Origin: Clostridia bacterium
GTDB taxonomy: Bacteria; Bacillota; Clostridia; TANB77; CAG-508
Reading direction: 5' to 3'
DNA: 64,000 nucleotides
NCBI GenBank assembly: GCA_017429505.1
Contig: JAFROW010000009.1
Location: forward strand, 103,337-167,336
Part shown: positions 38,348-46,636 of the stretch, one piece after another
How the letters are laid out: every line of letters starts with the position of its first letter
Position numbering within the stretch: the stretch's first letter is position 1
The notes under the pieces: model-generated
The model's input: only the letters and a program-made list of their open reading frames with translations
The model's database searches: none
What the model was told of the DNA's origin: nothing
Program-made: the position numbers and the translations under genes

Positions 38348-38467
38348 GTTAATATATAAATTATTTTACATTATCCCCATTCTAATGATTTCATCAAAAG
38401 TTTTTCAAACTTTTGGAAATCATTTAAGCGGTCCCCACACTACATTTCAAATAATTTATATATTAAC
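38348..38467. repeat. Palindromic intergenic element, copy E3; also a likely bidirectional terminator between mgtA and the Na/Pi transporter gene
   Basis: Perfect 19-bp arms: GTTAATATATAAATTATTT (38348-38366) and its reverse complement (38449-38467). An inner hairpin joins AATGATTTC (38384-38392) to GAAATCATT (38416-38424). Confidence 0.65.
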
Positions 38468-38474
38468 TTATTTT

Positions 38475-40247
38475 TTACTCATATTTTAAACTAAACTCAT
38501 TAAATTTATTTTTTATACTATCACCATTGTCTTGATACAAGCTATTCATATAATCATGTTTAGTTATAAACTTTCTATTAGTCACTATATTTGAAAGAAA
38601 AATGCTTGTATTATAGCAATGATCTGCTATTTTTTCTAAAGCTGTTAATATTTCTAAATATGAAATTCCACTTTCAACATTGCACAAATTATTCTTTAAT
38701 CTTTGAATATGCTCTAGCCTATATTTTTCTCTTTTTGTTTCTGCAACTTCTTTTAGCACCTGAATATCTGTAGCTAAATCTATATTTTCATTTTTTAAAA
38801 ATCCAATTGTTTTTACTATAATTTCATCTGTTATATTAAACATCACATTCAAAGATTTTTTTGCTGTATTCGAAATTTTTATTTCATTATCCTTCATTCC
38901 TTCAATTATTTTTGAAAGAGCATAACTATAATCTCCAATTTTTTCAATCTCTGAATCAATTCTAATTAAAGAATTAATTTTTAAATTCTCATCTTTTCTT
39001 AAATTTTTATTTGAAAGAGTAACTAAGTATTTGGTTGTCCTTTCATCCATCTTGTCTATAATATCTTCTCTTTCCTTTATTCTTTCAAAATTTTTCTCAT
39101 TAAAATTAGTTAAAAGTGCTGTTGCCTTCTCAAAGTTTTTGTTTGCAATTTTTGCCATAGTAATTATAACTGAGTTAGCATTACTAATTGCTAAACTTGG
39201 AATTGTAGTAACTCTATCATCTAATTTATTAAGTGAAGCCAAATATTTTTCTTCACCTTCATCTTCATCCTTTTTGTCTTTAATTGTAATCATTGTAAGC
39301 TTCTCTATTTGCTTAATAAATGGGAATAAAATTAATGTAGATACAACATTAAATAACGTATGGAAATTTGCAATTCCTCCCATATCTATAGGTCCATCCC
39401 AAAATGAAAAACCTATAAAATGCTGATATGTATATATTCCAATTAAAAATAGTATTGTCCCTATTAAATTAAAATACAAATGAACAGTTGCAACTCTTTT
39501 TGCATTTTTGTTTCCACCAGCACTTGCAATCATTGAAGTAGCACATGTTCCAATATTTTGTCCTAGAATAATTGGAATTGTGCTTGAAAATGTCATTATA
39601 CCTGTTGTAGATATAGCTTGAAGAATACCAACTGTAGCAGCTGAACTTTGTACAATTGCTGTAACTAAAGCACCTGCTAAAACACCTAAGATTGGATTTG
39701 ATAATTTGCTAAGTAATTCTCTAAATATAGGCAAATTGCTAAATGAGCTTGCAATTCCTACCATTGTTATCATTCCTGTAAATAATAAACCTAATCCAAA
39801 TATTGCTTGTCCAATATCTTTATATTTTGCTTTTTTGGCTGTTTGAATAACAATTAGTCCAACTATAAGTAAAACTGGAGCTATAGTTGCAGGTGAAATT
39901 AGTGTTAATATGCTACTTCCTTTTACATTTGCAAGTCTTAATATTTGTGAGTTTATTGTAGTTCCTATATTTGCACCCATTATTATTGGTATAGAATTTC
40001 GAAGTTTTAAAATTCCTGAATTTACAAGACCTACAATAATTACTGTTGTTGTTGCTGAACTTTGTGTTGCGACTGTTATTACAAAGCCAACCAAAAGTCC
40101 TTTAAACGCATTATCTGTAACATGTGTTAGGATTTTTTCTAGTTTTCCTCCTGATAATTTTTTAAGCTGTGTACTTAATGTTTTCATTCCATATATCAAA
40201 AGTGCAAGTCCACCAAGTAATTTAAAAATTGATATTAGTATGTCCAT
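38475..40247 (-). CDS. Na/Pi cotransporter family protein with a C-terminal PhoU-like domain
   Basis: Duplicated QSS(A)ATT(V) motifs (TVATQSSATTTVIIVG and VQSSAATVGILQA) are characteristic of NptA/YjbB-type Na/Pi cotransporters. The tail is helical and PhoU-like. Confidence 0.85.
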   Translation of the reverse strand: MDILISIFKLLGGLALLIYGMKTLSTQLKKLSGGKLEKILTHVTDNAFKGLLVGFVITVATQSSATTTVIIVGLVNSGILKLRNSIPIIMGANIGTTINSQILRLANVKGSSILTLISPATIAPVLLIVGLIVIQTAKKAKYKDIGQAIFGLGLLFTGMITMVGIASSFSNLPIFRELLSKLSNPILGVLAGALVTAIVQSSAATVGILQAISTTGIMTFSSTIPIILGQNIGTCATSMIASAGGNKNAKRVATVHLYFNLIGTILFLIGIYTYQHFIGFSFWDGPIDMGGIANFHTLFNVVSTLILFPFIKQIEKLTMITIKDKKDEDEGEEKYLASLNKLDDRVTTIPSLAISNANSVIITMAKIANKNFEKATALLTNFNEKNFERIKEREDIIDKMDERTTKYLVTLSNKNLRKDENLKINSLIRIDSEIEKIGDYSYALSKIIEGMKDNEIKISNTAKKSLNVMFNITDEIIVKTIGFLKNENIDLATDIQVLKEVAETKREKYRLEHIQRLKNNLCNVESGISYLEILTALEKIADHCYNTSIFLSNIVTNRKFITKHDYMNSLYQDNGDSIKNKFNEFSLKYE

Positions 40248-40402
40248 TTTTTATAAGTCATCCTCCCTTTAAAGCATCTTTTAATTAAAACAATTTATTT
40301 TTTAAATTATCTTTGTCATCTTTTGTCACTTTTTGCATTATATCACCTTTTGTTTATAAAATAAAGAGAAAATGAAAATTTTTATGAATGATATTTATGT
40401 AA

Positions 40403-41143
40403 TTAAACTTTATCAAATACATTTCCTAAACTATCATTTATTACCAAACTTGCTTTATAATCATATAATGTTGCATCTCTATTTATTAAAACTAAATTTT
40501 TTCCTCTAAAATAATTAATTAACCCTGATGCAGGTTGCACTGTTAACGATGTTCCTGCAACTATTAATAAATCTGCCTCTTCAATAGCTTTTACTGAATT
40601 AATTAAAGTATTTTGATCTAGCCCTTCTTCATATAAAACTACATCAGGCTTTATAATACCACCACAAGTACATTTTGGAATTCCATTGCTGTTAAATACA
40701 TATTCTGCGTCGTAAAATTTGTGACACTTCATACAATAATTTCTTAATACACTTCCATGTAATTCATACACTATTTTTGAGCCAGCATTTTGATGCAATC
40801 CATCAATATTTTGAGTTATTATTGCTCCTAACTTTCCTTTGCTTTCTAGCTCTGTTAATTTAATGTGTGTTATATTGGGTTGATATTTTAAAGAATTCAT
40901 TTTTGCCTTGTAAAATTTATAAAATTCATCTGTATTATTTAAAAAGAAAGTATGACTTAATATTTCTTCTGGTGGATATTTGTATTGTTGATTATATAAA
41001 CCATCTTTACTTCTAAAATCAGGAATACCACTCTCAGTAGAAACTCCTGCTCCACCAAAAAATACTGTATTTTTGCTTTTTTCTACTAACTTTTTAAAAA
41101 CTTTAATTTTATCTTCATTAGTTGCATTTGTTGAATTATTCAT
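40403..41143 (-). CDS. cobB: NAD-dependent protein deacylase (Sir2 family)
   Basis: GAGVSTESGIPDFRS, QNIDGLH, the zinc-ribbon cysteines (CMKC...CTCGG) and GTSLTVQPA are all present. The start is ATG 41143 with a GGAGGTAAG RBS. The track extension to 41194 lacks one. Confidence 0.9.
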   Translation of the reverse strand: MNNSTNATNEDKIKVFKKLVEKSKNTVFFGGAGVSTESGIPDFRSKDGLYNQQYKYPPEEILSHTFFLNNTDEFYKFYKAKMNSLKYQPNITHIKLTELESKGKLGAIITQNIDGLHQNAGSKIVYELHGSVLRNYCMKCHKFYDAEYVFNSNGIPKCTCGGIIKPDVVLYEEGLDQNTLINSVKAIEEADLLIVAGTSLTVQPASGLINYFRGKNLVLINRDATLYDYKASLVINDSLGNVFDKV

Positions 41144-41182
41144 ATTCTTACCTCCGGGATATTTTGCTTTATAAAATTCCAG

Positions 41183-41240
41183 TTCGTTTTCCACAATTAT
41201 ATCACATATTGTGGAAAAATAAAATATTATTTTATTTAAA
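41183..41240 (-). promoter_or_regulatory. Promoter-like segment with an extended -10 and a TTCCACAAT/ATTGTGGAA palindrome; duplicated at 49795-49850
   Basis: The minus strand reads TGATATAAT (41204-41196). 9-bp inverted arms at 41189-41197 and 41208-41216 flank it. The 24 nt at 41183-41206 are identical to 49795-49818. Confidence 0.5.
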
Positions 41241-41332
41241 TTGGAAGCTTAATAATTCACTTTTCAAATAATAATTTTTATGATATAATTTCAGCATAAA
41301 ATTTCATTTGCTTTAATATGGAGGTGAAATAG

Positions 41333-41590
41333 ATGGAATATAGATATAAAACAAACGGAGTTTGTTCTACTGAAATTATTTTTGATATTGATGAAAAAAC
41401 AAAAGTTATTAACGATTTAAAAGTTATTAATGGTTGTAATGGAAACCTTAAAGGAATTTCTGCTTTAGTAAAAGGAATGAAAATTGAAGATATTATTTCT
41501 AAATTAGAAGGAATTACTTGTGGATTTAGAAATACATCTTGCCCTGATCAAATTGCTATGGCTTTAAAGGAATATTTAAATAATTATTAG
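41333..41590 (+). CDS. TSCPD domain protein (TIGR03905-like)
   Basis: The 85-aa product has the pattern YKTNGVCS...INGCNGNLKGISALVKGM...GITCG...TSCPDQIA, including the TSCPD motif itself. Confidence 0.7.
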   Translation: MEYRYKTNGVCSTEIIFDIDEKTKVINDLKVINGCNGNLKGISALVKGMKIEDIISKLEGITCGFRNTSCPDQIAMALKEYLNNY

Positions 41591-41613
41591 ATATAGATTT
41601 AGTATAAAGTTAT

Positions 41614-41647
41614 GTAAAATGGATGGTATTTAAACCATCCATTTTAC
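41614..41647 (+). terminator. Hairpin after the TSCPD gene
   Basis: GTAAAATGGATGGT-ATTTAA-ACCATCCATTTTAC is a perfect 14-bp stem. The T-run after it is weak. Confidence 0.5.
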
Positions 41648-41815
41648 GCATCATTAATTTATAGACTTAGATTTAATTCTTCATTTACTTGCTCCTTTAT
41701 GTTAATTTATAAATTAATATCAAAATCTTCTTCACATCTTTATAAATTGTAATTTATATAAATCTTATTTTAACCAAAATAGAAATCTAGCATATTATAA
41801 ACAGGGGTATCAACT

Positions 41816-41978
41816 ATGCAAAATTGTGAATTTGTAACTTTTATTTCTATTTTAGCATGCAGTATTGCAAAAGATAAAACTCCTGAAGAATTAACAACTT
41901 TGTCTTCTTTTTTTGTTCAATTACGGTGATACATTAGCAACACTAGCCACTTTAGATTCTAATAACAATTGTAATTAG
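41816..41978 (+). pseudogene. Frameshifted small ORF of a ...QLGDTLAT... type clostridial small-protein family
   Basis: ATG 41816 gives MQNCEFVTFISILACSIAKDKTPEELTTLSSFFVQLR then a stop at 41927. Skipping the single C at 41924 continues as GDTLATLATLDSNNNCN, with a stop at 41976-41978. The restored junction QLGDTLAT matches a small-protein motif I recall only from memory. Confidence 0.35.
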
Positions 41979-42045
41979 CTTCTTAACAAAAAAATTACTA
42001 CTATTATTTCTTATATTACACTTTTATTTATTTCTCAATATTATC

Positions 42046-42288
42046 TTACAATGTTTTCATAAGTTCCATTCAACTTTTCTTGATTTTAACTTTGGTAGTT
42101 TTTTAGAGTTTTCCTTTAAATCTTTTTCCATCTACAAAATTTAAATTAGGAAAATCACTCTTTAAACTCTTATATGTTGAATCTATTGAAGATTAACCAC
42201 TTGTTACAAATACATAAATCTTTTTATTTGACATATCATTTTCTTCTAAAAATTCATCAATTACTGTAGACTCTTTATTCCTCCAAAT
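42046..42288 (-). pseudogene. Decayed 3' fragment of a flavodoxin paralogue
   Basis: The minus-strand translation is IWRNKESTVIDEFLEENDMSNKKIYVFVTSG*SSIDSTYKSLKSDFPNLNFVDGKRFKGKL*KTTKVKIKKS*MEL. It aligns with the C-terminus of the adjacent intact gene (IWWGDTPRIIQTFMEK...IPFCTSGGTGI...GKRLN...WIKSL) but contains three in-frame stops. Confidence 0.6.
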
Positions 42289-42999
42289 CTAATAATTCAA
42301 ACTCTTTATCCAATTTGCAATTTCACTTTTAGATGTATTTAATCTCTTTCCAGAAATCCAATTAATTCCTGAATAAGATTTTAAAGTATTTTCACTTGCT
42401 TGTATTCCTGTACCACCTGATGTACAAAATGGAATCATTGTTTTACCATTTAAATTAGTTTTCTCCATAAAAGTTTGTATAATTCGAGGTGTATCTCCCC
42501 ACCAAATTGGATAACCTATAAATATAACATCATAACTTGATACATCTATATTGTTTTGTATTTCAGGTCTTGCATTTTTATCATTTTGCTCTTTTGTTGA
42601 TCTACTATTTTTATCATTCCAATTCAAATCGCTACTAGAATATTTTTGTTTTGGTATTATTTCAAATATATCTCCATTTACTTCATCCTTTATATATTCT
42701 GCAACTGTTTTCGTTGTACCTGTAGCTGAAAAATATACTACTGCAACTTTTTTGTTGGTTGTTTCATCAGTTTTTGTTTCATTTTGATTTTGTATGTTAT
42801 TATTAGCAATACTGCTATCATTCCTATTCTCATTTTGAATATTGTTATCATCTGCTCTTGAAGTAGAAGAATTATTAACTTCTACATTTTGATTTTCTGC
42901 GTTTTGTGAATTATTAGAATTATTAATAATAAAATAACATCCTATTCCTAAAACAATTAATACTACAAATACTATTAGTGCAACTATTTTTTTATCCAT
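42289..42999 (-). CDS. Membrane-anchored flavodoxin-like protein with an Asn/Gln-rich linker
   Basis: An N-terminal TM and an N/Q-rich low-complexity stretch precede VAVVYFSATGTTKTVAEYI (the flavodoxin FMN-phosphate loop) and GYPIWWGD...FCTSGGTG. Confidence 0.75.
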   Translation of the reverse strand: MDKKIVALIVFVVLIVLGIGCYFIINNSNNSQNAENQNVEVNNSSTSRADDNNIQNENRNDSSIANNNIQNQNETKTDETTNKKVAVVYFSATGTTKTVAEYIKDEVNGDIFEIIPKQKYSSSDLNWNDKNSRSTKEQNDKNARPEIQNNIDVSSYDVIFIGYPIWWGDTPRIIQTFMEKTNLNGKTMIPFCTSGGTGIQASENTLKSYSGINWISGKRLNTSKSEIANWIKSLNY

Positions 43000-43023
43000 T
43001 TTTAATTACCTCTTTCCTTTATT

Positions 43024-43698
43024 TTATTTTTTTCCAAGCTTATTCTTCTCCTTTTTGTTTTTTATTTTTAAGTTATTAATTAAATATATAATTAACGAAA
43101 TACATAAACTTGAACTACATGTATGTATATAAAAAACAAATGGAGATTCATCAAAGTTATATGCTTTAAAAGGACTTAATACAAACATATCACTTATATA
43201 ATTTTGTTTTATAAAACTATATATGCCATATATAATTAAAACTATAAACAATAAATAATAAATATATTCAAATGCGCTTTTTTTCATTTTAGTATTTATT
43301 TTATTTAGTAATTGATTTAAGTGTAATCCCAAATGAATTGACATCATTATAAATCCCCAGCTTGTACTTAACATATGCAATTTTAGTCCCCATGATTTTG
43401 TCTGAATATTTAAAAAATTAAATATGTCACTTGAAATATTTATACTGCTTATTATAATGCCTATAAAACATACCAATAATAAAACATCTATAGTGGTTAA
43501 GAATAATCTTTTCAAATTATATTTTCCTTTAAAAATTGTTTTATAAAATTTTATATTTAATAAATTATGTATGATAAATAATATAAACATTACAATTCCA
43601 AGTATTTCATGTATCTTATTATCTGTTATATGATGTCCCATTAATACTATAAATATAATATACATTAGCACATCTATAATAATTCTAAATTTCTTCAT
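43024..43698 (-). CDS. Polytopic membrane protein (DUF4405-like, His-bearing helices)
   Basis: It has five to six TM helices. The N-terminus IIDVLMYIIFIVLMGHHITDNKIHEILG...IIHNLLN resembles DUF4405 as I recall it. Confidence 0.5.
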   Translation of the reverse strand: MKKFRIIIDVLMYIIFIVLMGHHITDNKIHEILGIVMFILFIIHNLLNIKFYKTIFKGKYNLKRLFLTTIDVLLLVCFIGIIISSINISSDIFNFLNIQTKSWGLKLHMLSTSWGFIMMSIHLGLHLNQLLNKINTKMKKSAFEYIYYLLFIVLIIYGIYSFIKQNYISDMFVLSPFKAYNFDESPFVFYIHTCSSSLCISLIIYLINNLKIKNKKEKNKLGKK

Positions 43699-43709
43699 AT
43701 TATCAATCC

Positions 43710-44465
43710 TTATAAATTATTGTATATTTCATCTTCTACTGGTTCTAACCACTCATTTGTTGCATTCTCTCCTGGGATTTCTACTGCAATATGACTAAAC
43801 CAAGAATCTTTTTTAGCTCCGTGCCAATGCTTTTTATTGCTTGGTATTACTACAATATCTCCTACTTTTAAGCTTCTAGCCTCTTTTCCTTCTTCTTGAT
43901 ACCAGCCTTCTCCTTCAACACAAATTAGAACTTGACCCCCACCGGCTGTAGCGTGATGTATATGCCAATTATTTCTACAACCTGGCTCAAAAGTTACATT
44001 TGCAAAACCAACTCCCGATTCTGTTTTATCTAACATTTTTAAATATGAGTTCCCAATAAAGTATTTAGCATAATTTACATTAGGTTCTCCCATGCCGAAA
44101 GCTCCTCCATGAGTAGTCCCTCTATCTGTATTCTTGTTTTTTATTTCATCTGCATATACTTCTTTAACTAAATTAAATACTGCCCAAGCATTTGGCCATC
44201 CTGCATAAAAACCTGCATGAGTTACAATTTCTGCCATTTCTGATAAAGTAATTCCATTCTTTTTTGCATTCATAATATGATATTTTAATGAACTATCTAC
44301 TAGCCCTTTTCCCATAAATACACATATTGTTACTAAACTTCTATCTCTTAAAGATAATTTATCTTCTCGTGACCATACTTCTCCAAATAATACATCATCA
44401 TTTAATTCTGCAAATTTTTCTGCGAAATTTCCTAATTGTTCTCTACCTGCTGTTTGTTTAACCAT
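43710..44465 (-). CDS. Fusion of a carboxymuconolactone decarboxylase family domain and a cupin domain
   Basis: N-terminal: LSLRDRSLVTICVFMGKG...EIVTHAGFYAGWPNAW, the CMD pattern. C-terminal: NVTFEPGCRNNWHIHHATAGGGQVLICVEGEGWY...IPSNKKHWHGA, the cupin His cluster. Confidence 0.75.
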   Translation of the reverse strand: MVKQTAGREQLGNFAEKFAELNDDVLFGEVWSREDKLSLRDRSLVTICVFMGKGLVDSSLKYHIMNAKKNGITLSEMAEIVTHAGFYAGWPNAWAVFNLVKEVYADEIKNKNTDRGTTHGGAFGMGEPNVNYAKYFIGNSYLKMLDKTESGVGFANVTFEPGCRNNWHIHHATAGGGQVLICVEGEGWYQEEGKEARSLKVGDIVVIPSNKKHWHGAKKDSWFSHIAVEIPGENATNEWLEPVEDEIYNNL

Positions 44466-44484
44466 TTTTTATACCTCCATATAA

Positions 44485-44811
44485 CTATTTTTTTATATAT
44501 TTGTTGTCTTTTTCGTTGTTATCTTCTAAAAAATATCTTTCCACCTTCATATGTAAATCATATTTATTTCTTAATTCAATAATTTTATTCATAGTTTCAG
44601 ATTTATGATGTTCATCTAAGGCTTCTTGATTTTCCCAACTGTCTATTAAAAGTATTGTTTCTTTATCATCAATTGGTACAAAATATTCATATCTTAAATT
44701 TCCTTTTTTATTTCTAATTTCTTGAACAATTCCTGAACTAACCATTTCTTCAGCAAACTTTCTTGCTGATCCATTTGAACCTGTATAATAAATATTAATT
44801 GTAAAAGCCAT
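44485..44811 (-). CDS. Antibiotic biosynthesis monooxygenase (ABM) domain protein
   Basis: The 108-aa product begins with a ferredoxin-like strand and contains LLIDSWENQEALDEHHKS, typical of ABM/quinol monooxygenase-like proteins. Confidence 0.65.
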   Translation of the reverse strand: MAFTINIYYTGSNGSARKFAEEMVSSGIVQEIRNKKGNLRYEYFVPIDDKETILLIDSWENQEALDEHHKSETMNKIIELRNKYDLHMKVERYFLEDNNEKDNKYIKK

Positions 44812-44952
44812 TGTTATTCCTCCAATATCTTATCTAATTTTTCTTTTTCAAGTTTTTTATTACTAAATTTCCTAACTGATGTTCTTTTTCTAATTATTTC
44901 TTCAAACTCCATTTCCATCCTCCATTTTAATCTATATAACCTTGTTATGGTT

Positions 44953-45564
44953 TTATACTCCTAACATTTTTTTAATTCCCATATTTGCGATTTCAAACAA
45001 TGAATAATATTCATAATGAATACCCGCTTTTTTCATTGCTTCTCTTTTTTTATCAGTAACCACTGCATAAGGATAAATACCTATCATAAAAGGGAAAAAT
45101 GTATATATAAATTTTTCTACTTCTTTATCATTCATATCTTTAAAGAATTTGATTAAGCAATTTTTTACAATATCTATTGTTTTTCCATAAGCTACTTTAA
45201 ATTCTGTTACACACTCAACACTACTATTTTCTTCCATTTCATACATATTTACTGAAATAAGTTTTAATAGATTAATTCTTTTTTCTAAACTATGTGCCAA
45301 TTCATCTGCAAATTCTTCTTTAGATAATTTTTCTTTGTTGTATATTTTGTTTAAGTCTTCTATCCATCTGTAATATTCCTTAGTTACTAATGCTAAAAAT
45401 ATTTCTTCTTTTGTATTAAAGTAATTATAAATTGACGGTCTTGAAAAAGTTGTTTTTTCACTTATTAATTTAATTGATATTTCATTAAAACTTGTAGTTT
45501 TATATAATTCTTCACACGCATTTATAATTTCTTCTCTTCTTACAATTTCTGTTTCTTTGCTCAT
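44953..45564 (-). CDS. TetR/AcrR family transcriptional regulator
   Basis: The N-terminal HTH reads REEIINACEELYKTTSFNEISIKLISEKTTFSRPSIYNYFNTKEEIF. It is the first gene of the minus-strand redox operon. Confidence 0.85.
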   Translation of the reverse strand: MSKETEIVRREEIINACEELYKTTSFNEISIKLISEKTTFSRPSIYNYFNTKEEIFLALVTKEYYRWIEDLNKIYNKEKLSKEEFADELAHSLEKRINLLKLISVNMYEMEENSSVECVTEFKVAYGKTIDIVKNCLIKFFKDMNDKEVEKFIYTFFPFMIGIYPYAVVTDKKREAMKKAGIHYEYYSLFEIANMGIKKMLGV

Positions 45565-45679
45565 TTTATTCTCCCATTATTTCATTTCTTTTTCCCACAT
45601 TCTTATTGTATTTATACCCATGCACCAAGTGCGATTTTAGGTAAATTCATTATAGTATCATCTCCTTCTTTTATATTTT

Positions 45680-45733
45680 CTGACATTCTGTCAGTTCAGT
45701 TATATTTATATTACTTTTCTGACAGAGTGTCAA
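45680..45733 (-). promoter_or_regulatory. TetR-operon promoter with two TGACA-N3-TGTCA operator candidates
   Basis: On the minus strand: TTGACA (45733-45728), a 17-nt spacer, then TATAAA (45710-45705). The palindromes are TGACAGAGTGTCA (45720-45732, overlapping the -35) and CTGACATTCTGTCAG (45680-45694, downstream of the -10). Confidence 0.55.
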
Positions 45734-45772
45734 TACAAAACAAAAAAAAAAGCAAAAAATTTTTAGTCAATC

Positions 45773-46632
45773 GGTCAATCGGGACGTCCTTTTTTGACCA
45801 CTATTTTTTATTAATCAACCTTAGCGTTTCCCTAGGAATATTCAATTCAACAGCAATTTTTCTTAGTGAAAGCCCATAATCTTTATTTAAAGTAGCTATT
45901 AAGTCTTTTAATAACTCTTTATTTCTTTTTGGGTTAATAATATCCAAATTGTTTTTTTCCATAAATATTTTGATATATTCTTTATATGCATTTTCTATTT
46001 CCTCTTCATCATCTATAAAAATGAAAGTTTCACTTGTTTTTTCTGGTATCGGTTTATAATTTGACCATTTGTATTCATCTGGACGACTACAAATTCCTGC
46101 TTTTACCGGATTATTATAAATATACTTTATACAATTATATAATTGTGAATCATTATAAATTCCTTCTGACCTATATCTATCTCTAAACACATATCCTACT
46201 CTTTTATATTTTTTATTATAATATCTGGCATATTTTGAATTTAACCTTAACATATAGTTACTTAATTCCTCTATTTTTTCTACTTTTGCTAACATATGTG
46301 TATGGTTATTCATTATACAGTATGCAATTATTTTTATTTTATATTCTTTCAATAATTCATACATTATTTTTATATAATATTTTATATCCTCTTCGTATTC
46401 AAAAATATATGTTTTGTTTATCCCTTGTGTCATAATATGAAGATATGACGTTTTTATATAGTTCCTTGGAAATCTTGGCATTATTTTTTCTCCTTTTTTA
46501 GAAATAATTTTTTAAAATAAAAAATAATATGATATAAATTTTTGTAATTATATCATATTATTTTTGAAATTTTTGTCAAAATTTGTAATCTAGTTCAAAT
46601 TTTTGGGTCAAAAAAGGACGTCCCGATTGACC
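45773..46632. mobile_element. RAYT/IS200-like Y1 transposase gene flanked by perfect 27-bp inverted repeats
   Basis: GGTCAATCGGGACGTCCTTTTTTGACC (45773-45799) is exactly the reverse complement of 46606-46632. Each copy is itself a small hairpin (GGTCAA...TTGACC) around the GGACGTCC palindrome. Confidence 0.75.
45801..46481 (-). CDS. IS200/REP-associated type Y1 (HUH) transposase with a C-terminal HTH-like tail
   Basis: YLHIMTQGINKTYIF, the HUH motif (CIMNNHTHML), the catalytic Tyr region (GYVFRDRYRSE) and NPVKAGI are all present. The C-terminus LSLRKIAVELNIPRETL looks like an HTH. Confidence 0.8.
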   Translation of the reverse strand: MPRFPRNYIKTSYLHIMTQGINKTYIFEYEEDIKYYIKIMYELLKEYKIKIIAYCIMNNHTHMLAKVEKIEELSNYMLRLNSKYARYYNKKYKRVGYVFRDRYRSEGIYNDSQLYNCIKYIYNNPVKAGICSRPDEYKWSNYKPIPEKTSETFIFIDDEEEIENAYKEYIKIFMEKNNLDIINPKRNKELLKDLIATLNKDYGLSLRKIAVELNIPRETLRLINKK

Positions 46633-46636
46633 ATAT

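Noticed and set aside
39031-40272. Plus-strand ORFs 39031-39426 and 39910-40272
   Set aside because: They are antisense to the well-supported Na/Pi cotransporter gene and are shadow frames.
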